Below, one piece after another: positions 55,735-62,121 of a stretch of 62,121 bases of DNA. Under the pieces are notes generated by a model. That model ran no database searches. It saw nothing but the letters and a program-made list of their open reading frames with translations, and was not told where the DNA came from. The DNA is from a virus (Duplodnaviria; Caudoviricetes): the IMG/VR virus record IMGVR_UViG_3300029787_000032, positions 1 to 62,121 of that record, one strand, 5' to 3'. Both the position numbers and the translations under genes were made by a program. Each line of letters begins with the position of its first letter. Positions within the stretch are counted from its first letter, which is position 1.

Positions 55735-55971
55735 TTACGGACTAATAGATGTCCATGATTCACCCGTGCCACCTGCGTTGACCGTTGACCATGTTTCTCC
55801 TGTCCCTGATGCGCTGATCTCTGTCCATAATTCGACTGAAGTGTCAACGCTACCTGCAAATGATACTACACCAAAAGCGTTTTCACCAAAAGTAGAAGTT
55901 TCTATTTTTTGAACAAGGTCGGTTGATATAGCCGAAAGAACGTATACCGGTGACCAATGTTCAGTGGCCAT
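55735..55971 (-). CDS. Small tail protein with Trp repeats
   Basis: (E/T)W(T/S)x(I/V)x5-6 repeated three times; FG..AFG. Confidence 0.6.
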   Translation of the reverse strand: MATEHWSPVYVLSAISTDLVQKIETSTFGENAFGVVSFAGSVDTSVELWTEISASGTGETWSTVNAGGTGESWTSISP

Positions 55972-56147
55972 TACTCAGCCTCTTGATCTTCTGACTTTTC
56001 CTCAGTTTCTTTATCTTGTGCAGCAGTCTCCGCTCTAAGCACATCCAATTCGGCTTGAAGTTTTGCATTAACATCAAGTGCTTGGTTTCTTTGCTTAGTA
56101 AGCATACTTATAAGACCGTTCACATAATTTTGAGTTTTTTCGTCCAT
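55971..56147 (-). CDS. 58-aa coiled-coil protein (not in ORF track)
   Basis: MDEKTQNYVNGLISMLTKQRNQAL..AKLQAEL; AAAGG RBS; TAATG coupling to the next gene. Confidence 0.7.
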   Translation of the reverse strand: MDEKTQNYVNGLISMLTKQRNQALDVNAKLQAELDVLRAETAAQDKETEEKSEDQEAE

Positions 56148-56170
56148 TTCTATACCTTTCGTAAGTTATA

Positions 56171-56473
56171 TTAACTATCGTTTAATGTACTTATATCGAA
56201 CGAATTGTCAACTGTATCTACTGCTGGCGGGTTCTTGTGTACGTTATGTTTTTTATTAAACATATCATCCCAATGTGCCTCGTCCATAAGTGCTAGTATC
56301 TCAGCTTTAGTATAGCTACCCGGTGCTTTTGATGGTGTGTCTATCTTTTCAGATTTACTGAATGTATGAGAAAAGTCACCGTCAGTATATTTATACTCAA
56401 CGGACCATTCTGTTACATTACCATCAGCATTCTTTTTTGGTTTAGCTGATACCCATGTTTTAGTTACTGCCAT
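56171..56473 (-). CDS. Tail fibre-associated small protein
   Basis: 100 aa, AAGGAG RBS, follows a fibre gene. Confidence 0.6.
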   Translation of the reverse strand: MAVTKTWVSAKPKKNADGNVTEWSVEYKYTDGDFSHTFSKSEKIDTPSKAPGSYTKAEILALMDEAHWDDMFNKKHNVHKNPPAVDTVDNSFDISTLNDS

Positions 56474-56474
56474 A

Positions 56475-59420
56475 TTATTCTCCTTTTAGAGTGTTTACTT
56501 CATTTTGTAGAGTTGTTACTTGAGCCGACAACTCTTGTACGGCTTTTATTAATGGCATAGTCAATGTTTCATACTGAATAGACTGTTTACTTGAGTATGC
56601 AACTTGATGACCAGAAAAACTGACACCAAGTTCTTTACAAACAGCTTCAACTTCTTGAGCTATTAAACCATCAAATACATTATCTTTTTCTTCTTCTTTA
56701 ATTGGTTCTTTATTGCTATCTTCAAAAATATCAGCATACTCTGCTGGATCACGTCTTTTAAATTTTCGAGGTTTTAGTTTATTTACAAACTCTAAACCTA
56801 AATCAGTATCAACAATATCTTTTTTAATTCTTTCATCAGAATATGTGCCAAAAGAAACTTGTCCTTTAATTGCAGTAACAGATGTGTTTCCAATGTGTAC
56901 TTCATTACCTTGTCCTGATGTTATGCCAGAACCAAGGACTGTTGTGTTATCTTCATTGTCTGCTGATGAATGAGGTCTTGATCCAAAACCTACAATAGTA
57001 CAATTACTTCCACTTCCTACATAAGAGCCACCAGCATCTCTACCTATTAAAGTATTATTATCTCCTGTATCCATACCTTGAGCGGCAAGTCTACCTACAA
57101 CAGTGTTTCCAGCTCCGGTTGTTAGATCTTCGGCAGTATCTTGACCAATAATAGTATTAGAAAAACCAGTATTTATATTATCACCAGCTCCATATCCTAC
57201 AGCAACATTGTTATCACCAGAAGTTAAATTTTGTAATGCAAAATTTCCTACTGCTGTGTTGTATTCACCACCATTTACTCCAACAGACATACTTTGTAAC
57301 CCAATAGCTACGTTATGTCCTTCATCGTCACCAGTCTTATATGCCTCTCTACCGATAGCAAGTATTCCAGAACCACTTGTATTAGCTAATGCAGCTTCAG
57401 AACCAAATGCAGTACATTCGTGAGCTGTGTTTGCTACTCCAGCATTGTAGCCTACCAATGTAGTATTTTGAGCAGTGGTTTGTACCTTCCCAGCACCGTA
57501 ACCTACAAGGGTTGCTTTAAGTCCAGTAGTCACTGCACTTCCAGCTTCATAACCTACAGCAGTACAAAAGTCAGCAGACGTCAAAGCATCGAGTGCAACA
57601 TTACCAATAGCTACATTGTATTCACCACCAGCAATATTTCCGCCCAATGCATTTTTACCAATACCTAAGTTGTTTGTTTCAGCATCGTGATGATCACCAG
57701 CAGCAGTACCTACAAAAATGTTATCTCCACCAGTTGTGATTCTTTCACCAGCACCTTGACCAATTAAAACATTGTTGTCTGCTGTTGTTTGTTCTAGCCC
57801 AGCATCTTCTCCAATAATAATATTACCATCAGCAGATGTCATATTGTAACCAGCAAGTTTTCCAATCACCACATTGTTGGCTCCAGTAAATGTTCCACTT
57901 TGTACCGCATAAGTACCGACAATAGTGTTTCCAGCGGCAGTCGTGGTAGCTTGTCCAGCACCAGATCCTATAAAAATGTTATTATCTGATGTTGTTAATG
58001 CAGTACCAGCATTGTAACCCAATGCGGTGTTGTTATCTCCAGACGTCAAAGCATCTAAAGTGTAGTTACCGATAGCTACGTTAAATTCTCCGCCACCATT
58101 AACTACGTTTAATGCGTTTAAACCAACAGCTAAGTTGTGAGTTTCAGTATCAGAAGTTTCTAATGCTCCACTACCAAACACATTATTTCCTAATCCAGTT
58201 GTAATTGCTGCACCAGCCTTGTTACCAACACAAGTTGTATTACTTGCTTCTGTAAGTGCTTGGCCAGCAGTTCTTCCAATTAAAACTGTTTGATTAGCAG
58301 TTGTAACCGCAGTTCCAGCTTGATAACCTATTGCAGTATTTTCATCACCAGAAGTCAAAGCATCTAATGAGTAGTTTCCTATTGCTACGTTGTATTCTCC
58401 GCCAGCTACAGGGCCACTAAGTGCTAAATAACCAACAGCTGTGTTATGACTTTCTGTATCATATCCATCACCAGCAAAACCACCTATAAGTGTATTGTAA
58501 GCAGCGTTAGTTATAGAAAGACCAGCTTGATAACCTAGCATTACATTATAAGAGTCACCATCATAGTTAAGTGCTTTACCAGCTTGAAAACCTACAAGAG
58601 TATTACCATCTGCACTAGCCATGGCTTCTCCAGCTTCCATACCAAGAACAACGTTTCCGTTTGCAGATGTAAAAGATAAACCAGCGTCTTTACCAATAAC
58701 CACATTGTTATCACCAGTAACAACACCATTAGCCGCTGCGTTCATACCAATAATTACATTTGCACTGTGTGTAGTTCCTTGTCTAGCAGCATCTGAACCA
58801 ATAACAACATTATCTGAATCTGTTAATGCATTGCCTGCTCTGTAGCCAATAAGTACATTGTTTGTGTCATCAGTTAAAGCAGCACCAGCAACGTAACCCA
58901 TAATAGTGTTGTTGCCTCCAGTGTTTATAGCTCCACCAGCACCGTACCCAATTACACTATTGTAGTCAGCAGAAGTTAAAGCATCTAAACTTAAGTTACC
59001 AATAGCTATGTTATATTCTCCACCAGCTACACTACTACCAAGAGCAGCTTGACCAATTGATAAGTTGTTACTTTCTGTGTCAGCACCAAAATTAGCTTGA
59101 ACACCTATTGAAATATTACTAGCCCCAGTAGTGTTAGCAGATAAAGATTCTTTACCAATTGCTATGTTGTGATCACCAGTTGTAATAGCATCTAAAGCTG
59201 AAAAACCATATGCAGTATTATTTTCTGCCGTGTTGTCTGTGCCTGACACATCGTGTGTGTATAAAGAGTTGTTTGATGATACTGAATAAAACGGAATACC
59301 TGCAACACTAGTCGCGGTACCTGTTGCACCTACGTTGCCGTCTTTAATAGTTACACCGTCAACGGCTACACCGTTCGCGGATGTTTTTTCTGATATAGTA
59401 TCGACTCTTATTTCACTCAT
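56475..59420 (-). CDS. Tail fibre/spike with N.A.G..A beta-roll repeats and peptidase S74 chaperone
   Basis: Many ~14-aa N(T/V)A(I/V)G repeats; SDERIKKDI, GLIAQEV, LIKAVQEL. Confidence 0.9.
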   Translation of the reverse strand: MSEIRVDTISEKTSANGVAVDGVTIKDGNVGATGTATSVAGIPFYSVSSNNSLYTHDVSGTDNTAENNTAYGFSALDAITTGDHNIAIGKESLSANTTGASNISIGVQANFGADTESNNLSIGQAALGSSVAGGEYNIAIGNLSLDALTSADYNSVIGYGAGGAINTGGNNTIMGYVAGAALTDDTNNVLIGYRAGNALTDSDNVVIGSDAARQGTTHSANVIIGMNAAANGVVTGDNNVVIGKDAGLSFTSANGNVVLGMEAGEAMASADGNTLVGFQAGKALNYDGDSYNVMLGYQAGLSITNAAYNTLIGGFAGDGYDTESHNTAVGYLALSGPVAGGEYNVAIGNYSLDALTSGDENTAIGYQAGTAVTTANQTVLIGRTAGQALTEASNTTCVGNKAGAAITTGLGNNVFGSGALETSDTETHNLAVGLNALNVVNGGGEFNVAIGNYTLDALTSGDNNTALGYNAGTALTTSDNNIFIGSGAGQATTTAAGNTIVGTYAVQSGTFTGANNVVIGKLAGYNMTSADGNIIIGEDAGLEQTTADNNVLIGQGAGERITTGGDNIFVGTAAGDHHDAETNNLGIGKNALGGNIAGGEYNVAIGNVALDALTSADFCTAVGYEAGSAVTTGLKATLVGYGAGKVQTTAQNTTLVGYNAGVANTAHECTAFGSEAALANTSGSGILAIGREAYKTGDDEGHNVAIGLQSMSVGVNGGEYNTAVGNFALQNLTSGDNNVAVGYGAGDNINTGFSNTIIGQDTAEDLTTGAGNTVVGRLAAQGMDTGDNNTLIGRDAGGSYVGSGSNCTIVGFGSRPHSSADNEDNTTVLGSGITSGQGNEVHIGNTSVTAIKGQVSFGTYSDERIKKDIVDTDLGLEFVNKLKPRKFKRRDPAEYADIFEDSNKEPIKEEEKDNVFDGLIAQEVEAVCKELGVSFSGHQVAYSSKQSIQYETLTMPLIKAVQELSAQVTTLQNEVNTLKGE

Positions 59421-59423
59421 AGT

Positions 59424-62121
59424 TTATCCTTCCAATGCTGCCACTTTAGTTTCTAAAGTTTCAATTCTTGTTTGTGCTTCTTGTAATGCTTTTATAGCTT
59501 TCATATACAAAATAGAATAATTAACACGCTTAACTTGTTCTGTTATTTCTTTTACATCACCGATTTGTTTTGTAGATGCTTTAGATTGAATTTTAACATC
59601 ACCAACATTTTTAGCACCATCAATAACTTCTTGGTCTTCAGCAGTATATAAAACTTCTTCTACTGCGTCTTGAGTTTCTGGATCATCTGCTGTCCAAAGA
59701 GTTCCAAAACTAGAATCAGAAAGTATATCATTAGGACTTGGGTCGTTGTGTCTAATTAATTTTGGACTTACAGCTTCTAGTTCTTGTGCTACAACTCCAA
59801 TTTGTTCCCAAGCATTATCACCATATTGTCTAACATCATCTTTCTTTTTAAAGTTTCTAACCTTAACAGCTTTGATGTCATCCCATTGTGAATTACTATC
59901 TCTAATGTCTTGTTTAATTCTTTCATCAGAGGTTGATCCGTATGAATTATCGTGGTTTTGCACATCTCCGTCTGAAAGAACTTGCATTCTAGTAGTACCT
60001 GAATCTTGAGCTAAGAAAAATTGATTTCCACTACCATCAGGAGCACACGATGTATATTTCATAAATATACCAAAAGCATCACTTGTATGTTGATTTAGAA
60101 ACCTTGTTAGATAGTTACTAACAGTGTACTGTACTTTTAAAGGTGAGTCTGGTTCGTGAGTCCCTATGCCGACCATACCATCGTGTTGAACAGTCATTCT
60201 TACAGCATAAGTTCCCCCACCTTTTGTGCCAAAACCTAAATCTCCATCTTCGTTACCATTATTTACTTCTCTAGCTATACATACAATTTGTGAAAATACC
60301 TCTGCGTTGCCACCATCATCTTGTCCAATAAAATTAATTAAACCAACTTCATCACCATCTGCTGGTGAACTACTCTTTTTTTGAAGAATAAGAGAAGGAG
60401 CAACAGTATTAGCGTTTGTATTACAAATTCTAACAGGAGTGTTTGTACCACTACTGTAAACTGCAAGAACATCAGATGATTCTATTGTTGCAGAACCAAT
60501 ATGAACTGAATTATTACCAGCATCAACCAATAACATATTAGTATTACCATCAGATTCTACTCGGAAGTCATGGTCTTTAGAGCCTTCATTAACAACAGTT
60601 TCAGGGCCACTAATTGTAAGCATCTGATTTAAAGCACCAGCGTTCATTACTTTGAGTGTAAGTGTAGCATCTTCACTGCCATCAGTAGCATCTGTAATTG
60701 TAACTGCTGCTGATGCATAATCAGTTAAACCACCTCCAGCATCTTGTCCAGCCCAATCAATAGTTCCTATTGCATCACTTGCTGCTCCAGCAACGGCTCT
60801 GTATAGTCTAAGGTTTGGGCCAATATTAGCATCAGTGTCTGTTGTTTTTAATGTAAGATTATCGTTGTTACCAGAACTTATTATGGTAACTGAGTTATCA
60901 GGAAACTCTACATTAGTGTTTTCGTCCATTGTAAACCCAGGATATGTACCAAGAGCATTACCAAGACCAATAGTTAATTTATCAGTTGAATCATCTAGTC
61001 CTATGTGAAAATTATGTGCGTTGCCATCAAATAATATTTTAGCATCTTCAGCTCCGCCATCACCAACTGTTACTGTTGGTGTGCTTCCTGCAAAATGAAC
61101 AGCTTTTTGAAAAGTAGAAACTCCTGATGAATTAATCTCAAATACTCTATCAGAACCTAAACCGCTTCCAACACCAATCCTAAATTCATCTGCTGAATCA
61201 TCAAGTCCTACAACAAAGTCAACTGCATTACCGTCAAATACAATCTTAGTGTCTTCCGCTCCAGCGTCACCGATTGTAAGTGTGGGAGTTGTTCCACCAA
61301 GAATTAAACCAGTGTCATGAACATGTGTTAAAGTAATTTCACTATCAGCACCAAAATGAATGACAGCACCATCACTTAACATCTTTAAGTCGTCACCCAT
61401 AACTGTATCTTTAGTAACGGATAAACCGCCTGCTGTAGCTATGGATCCATCTGAAGTAGTTGTTGCTTCAGTTCCACCTGCTACAACTACTCGCGAACTT
61501 ACGTCTAATGTGCCTGTAAGGTTGCCACCTTCAGCATCTGTAACGAATCTAGCAACATTATCATGATAAAGTTCACAACCAGCATCAGTATCAAAAAACG
61601 CCATTGTTTCAGTTGTGCCTTTTTGAAATGATATGGCATTACCATTTGAAATAATTTTTAAATCACCTGCTCCATTGTCTTGTATGTAAGAGTTAGTGCC
61701 ATCATGATAAATCTGTAAATCATTACTACCACCGAAAACTGCAAAATCGCCATCACCAAAATATACATGGTCATTAACAGTTATACCTTTTAGAAAAACA
61801 GCTTGTCCACCACTAGACATATCAAGAGTAAGGGCTGTGATTGCAGAGCCGCCATCGTTGCCTTTAAATACAATATCGCCATCTGAAATACTTGAGTGAA
61901 TGTTTAAACTATTACCTGATAAATTAAATTTTCCATACTCAGCACCTGAACCTTTTAAACTTATGTCTCCACCACCAACGTCAAGTGTAATATCCGCGGC
62001 AGAGTCTAGTGTAAAATCTCCATCAGAGTCTATGGTTATTAAACTGTTACTCCCAACCGTTGACCCCGATCCGATGATCAAGTTATCTGCTGAGTCGTCA
62101 AGTCCTATATAATAGTCTAAC
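59424..62121 (-). CDS. Tail fibre with peptidase S74 chaperone, open at the right edge
   Basis: The frame stays open to 62121 (LDYYIGLDDSADNLIIG); SDERIKQDI, GVVAQE, KAIKALQE. Confidence 0.88.
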   Translation of the reverse strand, partial: LDYYIGLDDSADNLIIGSGSTVGSNSLITIDSDGDFTLDSAADITLDVGGGDISLKGSGAEYGKFNLSGNSLNIHSSISDGDIVFKGNDGGSAITALTLDMSSGGQAVFLKGITVNDHVYFGDGDFAVFGGSNDLQIYHDGTNSYIQDNGAGDLKIISNGNAISFQKGTTETMAFFDTDAGCELYHDNVARFVTDAEGGNLTGTLDVSSRVVVAGGTEATTTSDGSIATAGGLSVTKDTVMGDDLKMLSDGAVIHFGADSEITLTHVHDTGLILGGTTPTLTIGDAGAEDTKIVFDGNAVDFVVGLDDSADEFRIGVGSGLGSDRVFEINSSGVSTFQKAVHFAGSTPTVTVGDGGAEDAKILFDGNAHNFHIGLDDSTDKLTIGLGNALGTYPGFTMDENTNVEFPDNSVTIISSGNNDNLTLKTTDTDANIGPNLRLYRAVAGAASDAIGTIDWAGQDAGGGLTDYASAAVTITDATDGSEDATLTLKVMNAGALNQMLTISGPETVVNEGSKDHDFRVESDGNTNMLLVDAGNNSVHIGSATIESSDVLAVYSSGTNTPVRICNTNANTVAPSLILQKKSSSPADGDEVGLINFIGQDDGGNAEVFSQIVCIAREVNNGNEDGDLGFGTKGGGTYAVRMTVQHDGMVGIGTHEPDSPLKVQYTVSNYLTRFLNQHTSDAFGIFMKYTSCAPDGSGNQFFLAQDSGTTRMQVLSDGDVQNHDNSYGSTSDERIKQDIRDSNSQWDDIKAVKVRNFKKKDDVRQYGDNAWEQIGVVAQELEAVSPKLIRHNDPSPNDILSDSSFGTLWTADDPETQDAVEEVLYTAEDQEVIDGAKNVGDVKIQSKASTKQIGDVKEITEQVKRVNYSILYMKAIKALQEAQTRIETLETKVAALEG
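61150..61226. repeat. Exact 77-bp direct repeat, copy 2
   Basis: Identical to 1..77. Confidence 0.95.

Overview
A near-complete genome (~62 kb, AT-rich) of a tailed, podovirus-like dsDNA phage. It is probably marine and probably infects an alphaproteobacterium; the gene set resembles HTVC023P-type pelagiphage/uvMED relatives (from recall, not searched). It appears opened inside a tail-fibre gene: an N-terminus runs off the left edge (1-260) and a C-terminal part enters from the right edge. Most genes are on the minus strand. Modules are: tail fibres and adaptors (1-6.8 kb, 53-62 kb); lysis (6.9-8.7 kb); head, including MCP, scaffold, GroES and portal (8.8-17 kb); small basic cargo-like proteins plus a Hint-domain protein (17-22 kb); TerL; an early region rich in non-coding signals (23.8-30.3 kb); TerS plus a HEXXH protein; a candidate origin (31.3 kb); replication genes (PolA, SF1 and SNF2 helicases, primase, SSB, nucleases; 33-45 kb); and ejection proteins (45-53 kb). 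No integrase, RNA polymerase, tRNA or RNR catalytic subunit was recognised. The most interesting signals are: (1) a GG-R-[VI]-x4-GG peptide tag shared by unrelated cargo-like and ejection proteins; (2) a perfect bacterial parS site without phage parAB; (3) NrdR-like boxes at terS, terL and an orphan RNR TSCPD-domain gene; (4) a promoter-driven cluster of three related RNA hairpins; (5) nine co-oriented G-rich 30-bp repeats; (6) a Hedgehog-like Hint protein and an unannotated metallothionein-like peptide. All calls come from reading the sequence by eye.
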